The notes beneath the pieces were generated by a model, which saw only the letters and a list, made by a program, of their open reading frames with translations, made no database searches and had not been told where the DNA came from. From positions 1 through 64,000 of the forward strand of contig CAXHJY010001022.1 in the NCBI GenBank assembly GCA_964016885.1: 64,000 nt of DNA, given 5' to 3'. Both the position numbers and the translations under genes were made by a program. This document shows, piece by piece, positions 45,968-62,948 of this stretch; within the stretch, counting starts at the first letter, position 1; each line of letters opens with the position of its first letter. The DNA is from Eledone cirrhosa. Its lineage: Eukaryota.

Positions 45968-48629
45968 ATGCTAACAAAGAGTTACCTGCCTTTATCTCTG
46001 AAGAATATTCCCACCCCCTCTAAGAATACTTACGAAAAACCATTGATTGCTAGTGGTAACTCCTTCGTAAAAAGGATTAGATGGCGTGCTTTCCACTATG
46101 ATATTAATAGGAATAGGAAGGACCCCAGGAATAGAACAAATTTTAATAACTATGGCTTCAAAACTTATATGAGCCCACCACATAATGTTCTATTAGATAA
46201 TTGTGAAAGTGACTTACTCTCTCTTGTCAAAAATATTAAGTATAGGCCAAATAATAGACATAGAAATTATAATAAATTTGATAACTTCCAGTCTAGACTT
46301 AAAAATATTGTTAAGGGTTTTAGTGCGAATAAGTCTATTATTGTCCCGGCGGATAAGACTAAGAATCTATACTCTATGGATTACAGTGCTTACCGTGACT
46401 TTCTTTATAAGGAGCTGCATAGAAATTATAAAAAGACTACGCTAGATAATTTGAACCATATCAATTGTGAGGGTCTTAAAATAGTCTCGGACCTCGGGCT
46501 TGATAAGTACACCCAGCCATATTACCCTAGAGAACCGAGATTCACTATTAAGGATCATAAGGTAGACTTCATTAGTAACCCCTCTGTTAGACTCATCTGT
46601 CCTTCTAAGTCCGATATAGCCATAATCAGTAAAAAAATCCTTGACCTTATTATACCAGATGTTAGGGATAAAGTTAATTTTAACCTATGGGGGAACACTA
46701 AGGAAGTTATACATTGGTTCTCTGGGATTAATAAACTTGAATCTAATAAGTTTATCCAGTTCGATATTGATGTCTACTACACATCGATTTCACCCATCCT
46801 CCTCAATAAAGCCTTAATGTTGGCCATGACAGTGTCCAGCCTTACACGATCACAGGTAGATATTATACTAGCAGCCCGTAGAACTATTATTAATTTTGAG
46901 GACACATCTTGGACCCGTAAAAACACGCCCAACAATTTCTACGTTACAATGGGTTCGAGTGATTCGGGCCAGGTAACTGATCTTGTTGGGTTGTTCCTCC
47001 TAAATGAACTATATGTTACCTTTCCGCACTTTAATGGCGGACTATATCGTGATGATGCATTGTTCGTAATTAACTCTAGCACCAACAATGTAGAACATAA
47101 TAAGAAGAAGCTTTATAAGTTTATTTAAAAGCTATAACCTTTCGATCACGATAGATAGAAACGATAGAGCGGTCAACTTTTTAGATGTGACTTTGGACTT
47201 GGTCACTAATAGTTTTAAACCCTTCTATAAGCCTAATGAAATACTTTCTTATGTTAGTCCGAATTCTAACCACCCCAAATCTATCATAAGCTCTATAATT
47301 AAGAGTGTATCTAATAGGATTTCCACACTCTCTAAGGACGTAGGAATATTTAATGAACATGCGGAGTACTATAATAATTCCCTAGCTAATTCCGGTTACT
47401 CTAGTAAAATACATAATAATAATAGTAACCTTAGAAATTCTCCGCTTACTTATAATAATAATAACATAATATCCCATAACATGGCCATGAATGGGAGTAG
47501 GAAGCATAATAATCGTAGAAATTACATAGGTGTATCTGAACCCATCCATAAGTTAACCCACCGGACTCGTAATAGGGAATCAAGTCGAACCCTCTGAGCG
47601 CTCACTCATTGGTGATGATTTTGCTAGATCTAATTCTAATAATGTTGTTTCTACTGATCCTATTATTGGCCCTAATCCTTTTGATAGGATTCCAGACAGC
47701 AGCAGATCTACTAGAGGTAGAAACATTAAGAGATATAATGGAATTTTGGCTGATTCTAATAATGCGGTTTTAACTAATCCTTGTAATAACCCTATCTTAA
47801 TAATGGGATATTAGATAATGGTAGAGTCGGAAAGGATAAAAATAGAAGGAGACTAAATACTTATTTTAACCCGCCATATAATCAGGAAGTATTAACTAAT
47901 ATCCCTAGGTCTTTCTTTTCTATCTTAGAGAAACATTTCACCCCTTCTCATAAATACCATAGTATTTTTAATAAAAATGTTATTAAACTTTCATTCTCTA
48001 CCACCCCTAATATTAGTTCTCATTTAGCTAGCACTAACAATAGGAAAATTAGGGATGGATACTCCTCTCTACATACTACTAGTCTGAACAGATCTGGAAA
48101 TGCCTTACCACCAGAGCAGACCTTATCTAATAGTAATCCTACGTTTAATGCATCACTACTTCAGCCAATCAATAGCACCCGGAAGTGTAACTGTAGAGTG
48201 AGTGCTAACTGCCCTTTAAACGGTAACTGCCTCTCTAAGAACATCGTCTATGCTTGCGTAGTTATAACTAATTCCTCTAATAGAACTTATATAGGCTCTA
48301 CATCTAACACTAGGTTTAATTCTCATATCTCTAATTTCAAACATGTTAAGTTTAAGAATTCTATTTCTTTAGCACCCTATATCTGGGATCTTAAGGGGGC
48401 TAATATACCATATAGCCTTAATTGGCGTTTAGATGCACGCTCTAATAACCTTTCTACACATACTAAATTGTGTAATCTCTGTATCCTCGAGACACACTCT
48501 ATAATGTTCTCTAGTGAATCCTTACTTAATAGAAAGTCTGAGATATTCTCTTCTTGCCCCCACGCTATTTCTAATTCTTACTTATATTATAAAACTAAAG
48601 GTTCTAGTAGTGTAAATTGTATCCATTAG
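45968..48629 (+). pseudogene. PLE RT-GIY-YIG pol with several frameshifts
   Basis: SLKNIPTP, ADKT, KDHK, FIQFDI, GLYRDDAL, NFLDVTLDL, SNHP, YFNPPY, CNCR...CPLNGNC, TYIGST, CNLC, LNRKSE, CPH. Confidence 0.95.
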
Positions 48630-50299
48630 CTGATATATTCCATTACTTATTTTTTTTAGTTTAGGTTCTTTTTGTTTACCACCATTATTATCATCATTAT
48701 TATCATTGGTTTTTGACAACTTTTTATTCTAGCTCTCATAATCTTTTGGCTACTATACCATATCTATCTTCTTACACATTAAATTTTCACTATTAACACC
48801 TTATGAGTATATATCTGATTATATATTTGATATTATTTTATTTTATTTCATTTTATTTTATTTTATTTGGATTCTTCTTTGGGTAACCCCTCTCCTCCCC
48901 CCCCCCATGCACACATAAACTTATTGCCAACCCCTTCAGATATATTATGATTATATTTAATCTCCCCCTCTTTTATGCTCCTTTCTATTATATAATACAG
49001 TATATTGATTATGATTTTAAGCTCCTTTGTATCCTGGATACATTTCTTTTTTTCTGTCCCTATTAGCCTACCATAATTCTGCTTAAGTCAGTTTTTTAGA
49101 TATCGTTATGTAAATGATAGTAGAATATTTCATTCCTTTATATATATATTTATAGTGAAATATTAATGTTTAGGAATTTTTATTACTTAAACCATAGCTA
49201 ATATTGTATTGCCTTATTAGGTATATTAAATATTTTCAATATTAATTTATCAAATAGGGTTTTCTAGTCATTTATCTGGGGTTTTTCCTAAGTTTTTACT
49301 TAACTGCATGTGAGACCTAAGTAAATACTTTTGTTTTTGTTTTTTAATTTCCGGTTGATTTTATTTATTTATTTATTAATACTACTGTGCATAGTATTTT
49401 CTGTCTGGCCCTTATTCACTCATTCACATATGTGTCTGTTTACCAACCTTGTAATTATAAGTAATTATATATTATATTATGTTCATTATTTTATTTTATA
49501 TTGAAGTTGTTATTGTACTATTGATCCTTATTACTTACCGATGATTTTATGTACCATTATGATATGTTAAATTTTATATATCATGTAAGATGTTTATATT
49601 TTTGTACCATCATAATTTTGGGTATTGTACAATATATATTTTTTTCTGCTCTACTCTGTAACTCTACATGAATTGATTTGTTAACTTACATGCCATTATA
49701 TATTATATGTTATTATATTATTATTATAGTATTATTGTGACATCTATATTGTTTGTGTAAATTAATCGGAGATTATCTATTATATTATATTATATATTAT
49801 ATAATTATATAGTTTATTATATATTATATGTTTTACTTTTAATCATTTCATTACTTCATGTTATACTGTATATTAGATATATGTATTATTATTATTTTTA
49901 TTCCTATTATGCTTATTTATATTTAAACTCTTAATAAGGTTTAATTTGTGCTGGTAATGATGGAAATGTGTATTGATGTATATGTATACGTGCGTACTTG
50001 TGCGTACATATATACATATGTATATTGTGCCTTTTAATTTTAATTTTAATATTGTTACAAGTATATTATATTATATTATATTGTATTATATATAGTACTA
50101 TAATTCCTGCTCTATATAACCACCTTTAGTTTTTTTGCTTTGGACTATATTTGTAATATGGTTCAAAATGTTATCCACCTCCTTAGTGATTTTTATTATA
50201 TATTTTTACCCATAATCTTCCAATACTTTAGTGTATGTACACTCCATATTCTTCGGAGTTTTCGGCTTGTATTGGCCGATAGTACTTCTTGTGGTTTTG

Positions 50300-50344
50300 A
50301 TTGCCCTGATGAGTCCTTAATAGGACGAAACATTGTTGGCTAAT
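50300..50344 (+). ncRNA. Minimal type I hammerhead (family E, 3' copy)
   Basis: Identical to 45706-45750. Confidence 0.9.
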
Positions 50345-50487
50345 AAAGACTTTTGATGTATTGAAGGCTTCTTTGTTTTATTTTCATAATTCTTCGGCTC
50401 TGTTTAATTACATTGAGCTATACCTTTTACTGTCATTTTTATAAAACGAAGAGGGTGTTTAACTCCAACACGCTCCAGTATTTTAAT

Positions 50488-50526
<39 letters not shown>

Positions 50527-50531
<5 letters not shown>

Positions 50532-53500
50532 CAAATAGAAACTATATTTATAAAACCATATTTATTTCATTATACATATTTCAAGGATACCAAGTTAAAC
50601 CATGGTATGCCTTCATCAGACAAAATACAATATATACCAGTTTTATAAATAAACATTGACGTACCCTTTCAAAATGTGACCGTTACTTTTGGAAGACATC
50701 AGGATAGTGGTTTGTTTATTTTAGTAAGTTGTAGTGTTAAGGATAAGTAAAATGACGGAGAGCGAGAGAGAAACGTGGAGAAAAGAAAGGGAGAGATAAA
50801 TAAAGAAAAAGAGGAAAGAAAAAAAAGAAAAAAGAAAAAAAGAAAAAAGAAAAAAGAAAAAAAAAGAAAACAGAGGAAAACAACAGAGATATATCAAACC
50901 ACCAGACAGAGAGAAAAAACTCAAGAGAGAGAATATAGAGATAGAGAGAGGGGGAGAGAACGAAAACCTTAAGTCATGTCATATTAAGTTGAGTCAACAA
51001 TTGAGATGAAATGAATAAATAAAATTAGAAATATTAATATTCATGAATGGAATATACATATATAATATGAGAAATTAATCATTGTTTAATTATGATTAGA
51101 TATTTAGTTTAAAATTTGAGATCAATATATTAAAAATTGGAATTTAAACATCACAAAATATATATATTGCTAGAGAAATTATCTATCGTATAGCACGTAC
51201 ATATAGGCAAAGATACATAAATATATTTATACACACACACTCATAAAATACACATTATATCTACTCCCGCATATAATATATATATACAAAGCATAAGTGA
51301 TTGTTTTATTACTGCTATACATTCCTTGTGTTATTAAATAAAAATTCTTAGTATATATATAAATATATAGGATTAACTTTCATGCATTTATGGCTGTTAA
51401 ATTATGCATATATGCAATCAAAACTGCATGGGTAAGCATGTACATGTACATGTACACAATTCTTAGCTATACATATATAAATATGTGTGTGCATCTTCAC
51501 CCAATTGGTAGACACGCGTCACTCATGCATATATACAGATAGACATATAATCATAAAAAAGCATATAACACATGTATATGTATGTTAATACACATATATA
51601 GATACATAGTCGTATAGAGATAAGTATACATCAATATATTACATAGTACAATTGAGTATATAAAATACAAAATGATTATATTTTGGAAATATAATTATAT
51701 CAATATAACTTAAAATTCTACAAATATCAACATATTAAAATATTTTAAAATATTATAGAATATTTTAAGTTAAAATAATATGTTTAATAGATTTAGTGTA
51801 GAAATTTATCTTACGTATATTTTAATGAAGATATTGAAAAGATAAACTTTTGAAAATTATGAGAAGCTATAAGAATAAAAACCAACCTAATAAAGGTTAC
51901 ACAAATTTGTTAGGTGGTTTATATGAAGGGCTTTACCTATCACTTCCCATTTTAAAGTGTATGGTATGTTACTTGATTTTAATGAGTGTATGTATGTCGA
52001 TAGTGAGGTTACGTTGGTAAGTTTAGGGTTTCTGATCGAATGAAGGTGTGAATTATATCTGGACTTAAAGCTATTCGATGTTGAGCCTATATATACTTTC
52101 GAGATGTGATTAGCGGTTACAGTACCGGAGTAGATTTTGTCTTTATTTAGGCAGTTCTTATTTAATGGGGATATCTTGTTAGGCCTACAATTACAATTGT
52201 TTTGGTAACTAGTATACTGGTTAAGCGGGTATGCATTTGAGTTGTTGTTTCTGTTTCTACTTCTAGTATTATGATTATCGTGAGTATTATTATTATTGGT
52301 ATTATTAGTGTGACTTGCTGTATGGTCTTGTACTGTGTTATTGTTCAGGTTATTTATATGCTAAACATTATTACTTTGGTGTAATTTGAAGTACTTTTTA
52401 ATCTTTCTCTTGTTGGTGCTGGCTATATGTCTGCTATGTTAGGTGTGGTGGAGTAGGATAATTGTGTTTTTGTTAAATAGGTTGTTGTATTTATGGTTAG
52501 TGGGAAGTTTTTCTCTAGAGTAGAGAGGAAAGTTATGTTTGTCGATACATTTAAGTTGAACGGGGGGTTAAACAACGTGCTACTTCTTCTATTCTTCTTA
52601 TCGGTGTTATTCATACTACTGTTTAGTGTGGTGTTAGGTTCCTTCTTATCAATATTTTCCTTTCTGTGGTGTTTCTTATGATTATTTTCTGTGGTGTGAT
52701 TTAACTTTTTTATGGTGACTTTTATATAGGAGTCAGGATTTTCAAAACGATGATCATATTTACTTTTATTCATGGCAATGTTGTGTGAAATTATATTAGG
52801 TTATCTATGGGTGGTTGACGATTTAGGTTTAAATTTAATTTTAACTCTATGCCCAGAACGGGCTAAGGCTTCATTATAGTATTGGGAGGTACTATTAAAT
52901 GTATTCTCGTTGTAAGAAAGGCTAGAGATTCTATTAGATACCCCTTTAATGATTGAGGTCAGTACATGTTTAAAGTGGGTAGAGTTGGTATTAACATAGA
53001 ACAGTTTTTGATTAGATTTATGATAAGATGTGTATTGTTTAGAGTCTAATTAGTGAGTGACGTCCAGGAAGCTAACATTGTTGGTGTTTTTATCTAAAGT
53101 GATACCTAAGTTATAGTTTTGAAATATTTTATGTAATTGTTTTATAGTTCTTTCTATATTGAACTTTTTATACTCTAAGAAAAACGGTGCGTCGTCTCGG
53201 TAGAGGCCACCGTTGAGGTAAGGTAGGTTCTTGTGTATTTCATTTAAGAGAAATAGACCGACATATCGGTTACCTGTGCCGAGTCACGAGATCCCATGGT
53301 GATATCGAAGTTGTTGGGTGTATTCTTGCGGGTCCATAGTTGGTGTTCAAATTTAATTATTGTTTTCCTGGCCGCAAGGATTATATCTACCTGGAATCTA
53401 GTGAGTTCACTATTGTTCATGGCCATTATTAATGGTTTATTTAGGAGGATAGGTGAATTAGAGGTTTAGTAGAAGTGTATATCAAATTGGATGAATTTCT

Positions 53501-54240
53501 TCTTATTATTTTCATTAATACCATTAAACCATTCAATTACTTCACTAGTGTTTCCTCAGAGGTCAAAATGAATTGTTTGTTTAATTTGGGGGATTAATTT
53601 ATCTAAATATTTTTTACTAATAATACCAATATCGGATCTGGATGGGCAAATAAGTCTAATTGTGGGGTTGGTATTGAGTCATCCTTATGGTCTTTCAGAG
53701 AGGATCGGGGGGGGGGATTAGGGTGTACGGTTGAGTATATCTCTCTAGTCCTAATTTACATATTAAACTACGGGCTTCAATATTTATGTCATCCAGGTTT
53801 TTATGAGATGTTTTTTTGTAGTTCCTGTAAAGTTCTTTATATATAAATTCTCTATATGTATCGTAATCTAGGCTATATATGTGTTTAGTTATATCAGCTA
53901 GTACTGAGAATATTAAAGTTGTTTTATGGTGGAATTTAGGTTATTTAAGAAGTCGTTCATCTTATTGTTGTATTTCTTGTACTTAATCCTTTTAACAAGT
54001 GACACAAGGTCGTTTTCAAAAGTGTCCAGTAAGATATTGTGTGCAGGGTTTTATATATATTGAAGCCGTATGTTTCAAACGAAGGTGCATCTTGTTTCTT
54101 TCACAGCGCGGTTCCTATCATAGTGGAATGCCTTCCATCTAACTCTTTTAATAACAGAGTTGACACTATTAATCAGTAGTTTTCGTATGTATCCCTAGAT
54201 GGGATAGGTATTCACTCTAACCTTAGCCTACTAAATAGGA
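50527..54240 (-). mobile_element. Old degenerate Naiad-type PLE (family H)
   Basis: Minus-strand IPIPS (~54200), FDITMGSRDSAQ, GLYRDD (~53200), FNPPFN, CNCRPNK, VYIGSTSNSFKSRY (~52090); HHR at the 3' end. Confidence 0.88.
50565..50625 (-). ncRNA. Type I hammerhead (family H)
   Basis: ttttgt CTGATGA aggcatacca...tggtatcct t GAAA tatgta TA atgaaa. Confidence 0.8.
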
Positions 54241-54680
54241 AATCAAAGATCTTCTACACGTGTCCACATTACCATACATTCTCGTTCCACTACTTCAAAC
54301 CTAGTAACTAATAATAATAATAATAAAAATAAACATAAAGACCAATGTCGGAGATAACACAAGACCACCACCTTTTAATTTATCTAACTAGACCTTCATT
54401 TATTCAACTAGACTTTCATTTATTCAACTAGACCGTCAGGAATATAGGACTACACCTTAATTAAAAGACCACACTGAGCTACATACAGTCATTAAACCCC
54501 TGTTTGATTTCTACCTTACACAATTAAAAGATTTAAATAATATAGACACTCTAATAAACTCTCAATATACAACACGAACAAAATAGCTGAGAACTGTGGA
54601 TATAACTCCAATTACCCCAGTATATATTATGCAACTCACTATCCTGTCATAAAAAAACTTCAACTATATATGTATGTATG

Positions 54681-54776
<96 letters not shown>

Positions 54777-55892
54777 AGTGCTAAAGCTACAGACGGATTC
54801 TGCATTCGTTAGCTTGGCCGTGTTCTAAAGCTTCGTTAATGCTGTACTAAAATTTATATATATATATATATATAGGTGTATGTATATACATGTGTGTGTG
54901 TGTATATATATATGTATATATATATGCACACTCACACATATGTATATACCTTATATTATATATACATATACTAACTATGTAAAAACTATCTATTTGTAAT
55001 AAACTAAATAAACAAAAGTGTTTAACCCCCTCCACACACATTTAAAAGACAACAATTGTATAACCAATAATATTTTATATTATATATACTATATAAAGAT
55101 TAATTTATAACACTACTACAATATTAAAACAACCCTTAATTTATCAACAACCTCAATTACATCCCTTTGTTATTAACTCCCTTTACAACTTCTTGTGTAA
55201 ACTTATAAAAATGAGCAGCATAACAGTATACCAACAGCTTAATAACGGTTAATACAAGCGCTAGAAAAGATAATTTGTAGATATAAAAAGGCATAAAATA
55301 ATATACCTAAAATAACAACGTGGCAAGTAATTTACATTTAACAAACAAACACCTATTGAATATAAACGACTGAAAATAATCCCATGGTTTAATAGCTGTG
55401 AGTAACAAATAACATATACACATACATACGAACTATAACACAACATGTAACTGACAATCACATACCCAACTATATCACGTGCTTTGCATTACACCTTACA
55501 TAACAAATACCTACATTATCACTACACGCCTCTCTAACAAATTGCACACTATCTTAAACATTTATAACAATTATAACATGCTTTAACACCCCAAACCAAA
55601 TATGTTCATTTCAACTTTATTATTGACACCTGTCTTGACTCCTGCACTGTACACCAATTTTCCTTGCTTATGAATGTTTTGCCTGTGTTTCTTATGCTTG
55701 TGATTTTTGGTTTCTGATTTTTATTTATACCTATTACACTTCCAAGCAGTGCTGCCTGTAATTGTGTTCTATCAAGTAGAACATCTTTTTAACTCCTGAT
55801 TCTCCACATGATGCCTTTGACACTAATAAGAATAATGTACCCTAAATGTTCTAAATGACTAGGATTTTAGTTACATGTTTCGACATTTCTTA

Positions 55893-55939
55893 TGCTGCGA
55901 TGAAACCAGACTTCCCTCTGGAAGAAACAATTGTCAGCA
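55893..55939 (+). ncRNA. Degenerate hammerhead motif
   Basis: tgct GCGATGA aa ccaga cttccc tctgg aa GAAA caattg TC agca; C3 and U4 mutated. Confidence 0.55.
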
Positions 55940-55980
55940 AATGAATGTTCTAAACTAACATATGATCGTTTTAACACTTA

Positions 55981-56010
<30 letters not shown>

Positions 56011-56016
<6 letters not shown>

Positions 56017-56107
56017 ATTATTATTATGTAATAAACAACATAAGGCAATTATTCCATTTACCAGTGGTTTCTTAAAAGCAAAAGGTTTTGCTTTCAATCC
56101 TCAGAAT
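56011..56107 (-). mobile_element. Isolated family F HHR/pLTR end
   Basis: Near-identical to ~32040-32129. Confidence 0.85.
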
Positions 56108-56570
56108 CTGTTTTTGTCTTTTAAGGACCATATGAGTTCTGAGAGAGCAGTGTTGGTTCTTTTAAGTTTGTATATGAATGATGATTATAGAGACGAGCTT
56201 TAAAAGAGGTGGAAGTGGAGCCAAAATAGGTGAAGGAATTGGTGCTAGTTATAATTTTACATTCATAAATTAAGTTTTTATCGAGACAATGGTTGTTGAG
56301 AGGACATTTATTTTTAATGCGGCAGTTGCAATTAGAGAGATTATTAATGAGTGACCTAGTGTTATCTATAGAAGGAATTGGATTGGAGAAGTTGTTTGCG
56401 ATAGGAATAATAGGAATAATAGTTTCTTGATTTAGAGTTGGATTATGAACATTTAGCGAAGTTGTGTTTGACGTTGTATTTGGGTTTACAGAAGTTAGCC
56501 TAGGGTTTACAATGACGTCAGGAGTACTATTACTGTTATTATGAAATTCAATATTATGAAATTCAATGTT
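56108..56570 (-). pseudogene. PLE linker and GIY-YIG fragment
   Basis: CNCRIKNKCPLNNHCLDKNLIYEC...TYFGSTSTSFKARLYNH. Confidence 0.88.
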
Positions 56571-57537
56571 TTTCTCCCCATCAACGAACTCATTATTAAT
56601 ACATATTAACTCTTTATTCGCATATATTATCAATTCCTTCAATATACAAACTTTAACTCCACATTATTTTTCTCAAATCCTTCTACACACAAACCTTAAT
56701 AATTTTTCTCTTCGTTAATTTTGAAATTGCCACAATATCTTATCAACATACATTTCTTTTTTTTGACGTTAGAATATTCATCCACAATTATTATTTTTTC
56801 TCTCTATCTTCATACATAAATTCCCTTCGTTAATTTTCAAATTCCTTTAATTTATACATTATCTTCCAACGGTTCCCAACCTCTCTATGTAAAACTATAT
56901 ATCTTTTTCTCAGTTATAAAAACTATCTCTTTCCCTCTATCACCCATCTCTCCCTCTCCACCTTCACTCTCATCTCCTCCCCCTTTTTTCATCCTTTCCA
57001 CCCCCCCTCCCTAAATAAAATATTTTTTCCTCGCACATATCCTCCCTTCGTTAATTTTCAAAATTTTTTTTTTTAAATTTTTAATTGATACATTATCTTC
57101 CAACGGTTTTCAACCTCTCTATGTAAAACAATATATCTCCTCTCAGTTATAAAAACTATCTCTTTCTCTCTATCACCCATCTCTCCCTCTCATCTCCTTC
57201 CCTTTTTCATCCTTTCCACCCCCCCTCTCTAAATAAAATATTTTTCACAATATCACACATCAATCTAAAACCACTTTTCATATGTTGATTTAAAACTGCA
57301 CTATCCACAAGTGTTTTTTAGCCTTCATATCATGTTCTCTTGTTTTATCTGATGAAAACACAAATATTATTGCATGATGATGTTTGTTTTTGAAATGCGC
57401 ATAATAAAATACATGGAACTCCTTTAACCATCTTTTGAACTTATATTATGTATACTCCAGTCCTACAAACTGTAGAGTGCTTCTTATCCGATATCTGCAT
57501 TGCTTTATTGTACTACAATAAAACTCACCTCCTACAT
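56571..57537 (+). mobile_element. PLE family D pLTR with internal ~220 bp duplication
   Basis: ~56823-57025 repeats at ~57044-57246; 3' part matches 1095-1421. Confidence 0.75.
57343..57409 (+). ncRNA. Type I hammerhead (family D)
   Basis: ttttat CTGATGA aaaca...tgttttt GAAA tgcgca TA ataaaa. Confidence 0.82.
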
Positions 57538-60338
<2,801 letters not shown>

Positions 60339-60567
60339 TTAAACAATTAAGTTAAAAATGTACATCTACATATGCATACTGAAATACTAGTGTGTATATG
60401 AATACAAACACGTATACATATGTAGGTGTACCAAGTCTTTCACTGGTCGCTTTACAGTGAGCGGCCCAGCTATTCTGTATGTAAACACACAGACAAACCG
60501 GTTTTTAGAGTCACACTGGTTTTTCGGGGGAACACCTTCCCCCTATTCTCCAGAAAGCCAGACAAGG

Positions 60568-60612
60568 AATATTGACCTAGTTTCGTTGTTGTTACAACTC
60601 ATCAGCAATGTT
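60568..60612 (-). ncRNA. Type I hammerhead (S2, inverted)
   Basis: Reverse complement of the S2 HHR. Confidence 0.75.
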
Positions 60613-60691
60613 TACCTATCTACCGGCCTTTCTGGAGAATTGTAAAAGCACATATCGTTATATGCTTTTTCTATGAAAATTAGTAGTGGGC

Positions 60692-60747
<56 letters not shown>

Positions 60748-61035
60748 AAATAACGAAACGAAATTAAATTTCGTTTCGTTTGTAACTCACTTTTGTATGA
60801 CTGACGCTTAAACAATTAAGTTAAAAATGTACATCTACATATGCATACTGAAATACTAGTGTGTATATGAATACACACACGTATACATATGTAGGTGTAC
60901 CAAGTCTTTCACTGGTCGCTTTACAGTGAGCGGCCCAGCTATTCTGTATGTAAACACACGGACAAACCGGTTTTTAGAGTCACACTGGTTTTTCGGGGGA
61001 CACCTTCCCCCTATTCACCAGAAAGCCAGACAAGG

Positions 61036-61080
61036 AATATTGAACTAGTTTCGTTGTTGTTACAACTCATCAGCAATATT
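61036..61080 (-). ncRNA. Type I hammerhead (S2, inverted)
   Basis: Reverse complement of the S2 HHR. Confidence 0.85.
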
Positions 61081-61403
61081 TACCTATCTACCGGCCTTTC
61101 TGGAGAATTGTAAAAGCACATATCGTTATATGCTTTTTCTATGAAAATTAGTAGTGGGCAGACTAATTTGCATAGAGTGTGAGTACGCACCGGTTCAGCG
61201 GAGACGATAAAAAACAAATAACATAATAATGTGTGTATTCATATACACACTAGTATTTCAGTATGCATATGTAGATGTACATTTTTAACTTAATTGTTTA
61301 AGCGTCAGTCATACAAAAGTGAGTTACAAACGAAACGAAATTTAATTTCGTTTCGTTATTTGTTTTTTATCGTCTCCGCTGAACCGGTGCGTACTCACAC
61401 TCT

Positions 61404-61450
61404 ATGCAAATTAGTCTGCCCACTACTAATTTTCATAGAAAAAGCATATA
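61404..61450 (+). promoter_or_regulatory. Octamer + PSE-like box (repeated per S2 unit)
   Basis: ATGCAAAT 61404-61411; TAATTTTCATA 61427-61437; aaagcatata. Confidence 0.5.
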
Positions 61451-61496
61451 ACGATATGTACTTTTACAATTCTCCAGAAAGGCCGGTAGATAGGTA

Positions 61497-61541
61497 AATA
61501 TTGCTGATGAGTTGTAACAACAACGAAACTAGGTCAATATT
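61497..61541 (+). ncRNA. Type I hammerhead (S2, ctaggtc variant)
   Basis: aatattg CTGATGA gttgt aaca acaac GAAA ctaggt caatatt. Confidence 0.8.
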
Positions 61542-61965
61542 CCTTGTCTGGCTTTCTGGAGAATAGGGGGAAGGTGTTCCCCCGAAAAACCAGTGTGACT
61601 CTAAAAACCGGTTTGTCTGTGTGTTTACATACAGAATAGCTGGGCCGCTCACTGTAAAGCGACCAGTGAAAGACTTGGTACACCTACATATGTATACGTG
61701 TGTGTATTCATATACACACTAGTATTTCAGTATGCATATGTAGATGTACATTTTTAACTTAATTGTTTAAGCGTCAGTCATACAAAAGTGAGTTACAAAC
61801 GAAACGAAATTTAATTTCGTTTCGTTATTTGTTTTTTATCGTCTCCGCTGAACCGGTGCGTACTCACATTCTATGCAAATTAGTCTGCCCACTACTAATT
61901 TTCATAGAAAAAGCATATAACGATGTGTGCTTTTACAATTCTCCAGAAAGGCCGGTAGATAGGTA

Positions 61966-62010
61966 AATATTGCTGATGAGTTGTAACAACAACGAAACTA
62001 GTTCAATATT
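61966..62010 (+). ncRNA. Type I hammerhead (S2)
   Basis: aatattg CTGATGA gttgt aaca acaac GAAA ctag TT caatatt. Confidence 0.88.
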
Positions 62011-62434
62011 CCTTGTCTGGCTTTCTGGTGAATAGGGGGAAGGTGTTCCCCCGAAAAACCAGTGTGACTCTAAAAACCGGTTTGTCTGTGTGTTTACATA
62101 CAGAATAGCTGGGCCGCTCACTGTAAAGCGACCAGTGAAAGACTTGGTACACCTACATATGTATACGTGTGTGTATTCATATACACACTAGTATTTCAGT
62201 ATGCATATGTAGATGTACATTTTTAACTTAATTGTTTAAGCGTCAGTCATACAAAAGTGAGTTACAAACGAAACGAAATTTAATTTCGTTTCGTTATTTG
62301 TTTTTTATCGTCTCCGCTGAACCGGTGCATACTCACATTCTATTCAAATTAGTCTGCCCACTACTAATTTTCATAGAAAAAGCATATAACGATATGTGCT
62401 TTTACAATTCTCCAGAAAGGCCGGTAGATAGGTA

Positions 62435-62479
62435 AATATTGCTGATGAGTTGTAACAACAACGAAACTAGTTCAATATT
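62435..62479 (+). ncRNA. Type I hammerhead (S2)
   Basis: Same motif as 61966-62010. Confidence 0.88.
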
Positions 62480-62903
62480 CCTTGTCTGGCTTTCTGGAGA
62501 ATAGGGCTAAGGTGTTCCCCCGAAAAAACAGTGTGACTCTAAAAACCGGTTTGTCTGTGTGTTTACATACAGAATAGCTGGGCCGCTCACTGTAAAGCGA
62601 CCAGTGAAAGACTTGGTACACCTACATATGTATACGTGTGTGTATTCATATACACACTAGTATTTCAGTATGCATATGTAGATGTACATTTTTAACTTAA
62701 TTGTTTAAGCGTCAGTCATACAAAAGTGAGTTACAAACGAAACGAAATTTAATTTCGTTTCGTTATTTGTTTTTTATCGTCTCCGCTGAACCGGTGCGTA
62801 CTCACACTCTATGCAAATTAGTCTGCCCACTACTAATTTTCATAGAAAAAGCATATAACGATATGTGCTTTTACAATTCTCCAGAAAGGCCGGTAGATAG
62901 GTA

Positions 62904-62948
62904 AATATTGCTGATGAGTTGTAACAACAACGAAACTAGTTCAATATT
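62904..62948 (+). ncRNA. Type I hammerhead (S2)
   Basis: Same motif as 61966-62010. Confidence 0.88.

Larger units (their letters stand above)
43985..50491 (+). mobile_element. Full-length Naiad-type PLE (family E): inverted pLTR + direct pLTR + pol + 3'UTR; 4594 bp unit
   Basis: 43985-45265 is the reverse complement of ~49108-50389; 45263-45896 repeats at 49857-50490; TA flanks. Confidence 0.95.

Noticed and set aside
50775-50972. Lys/Arg-rich ORF
   Set aside because: Purine-rich low-complexity antisense of a PLE 3'UTR
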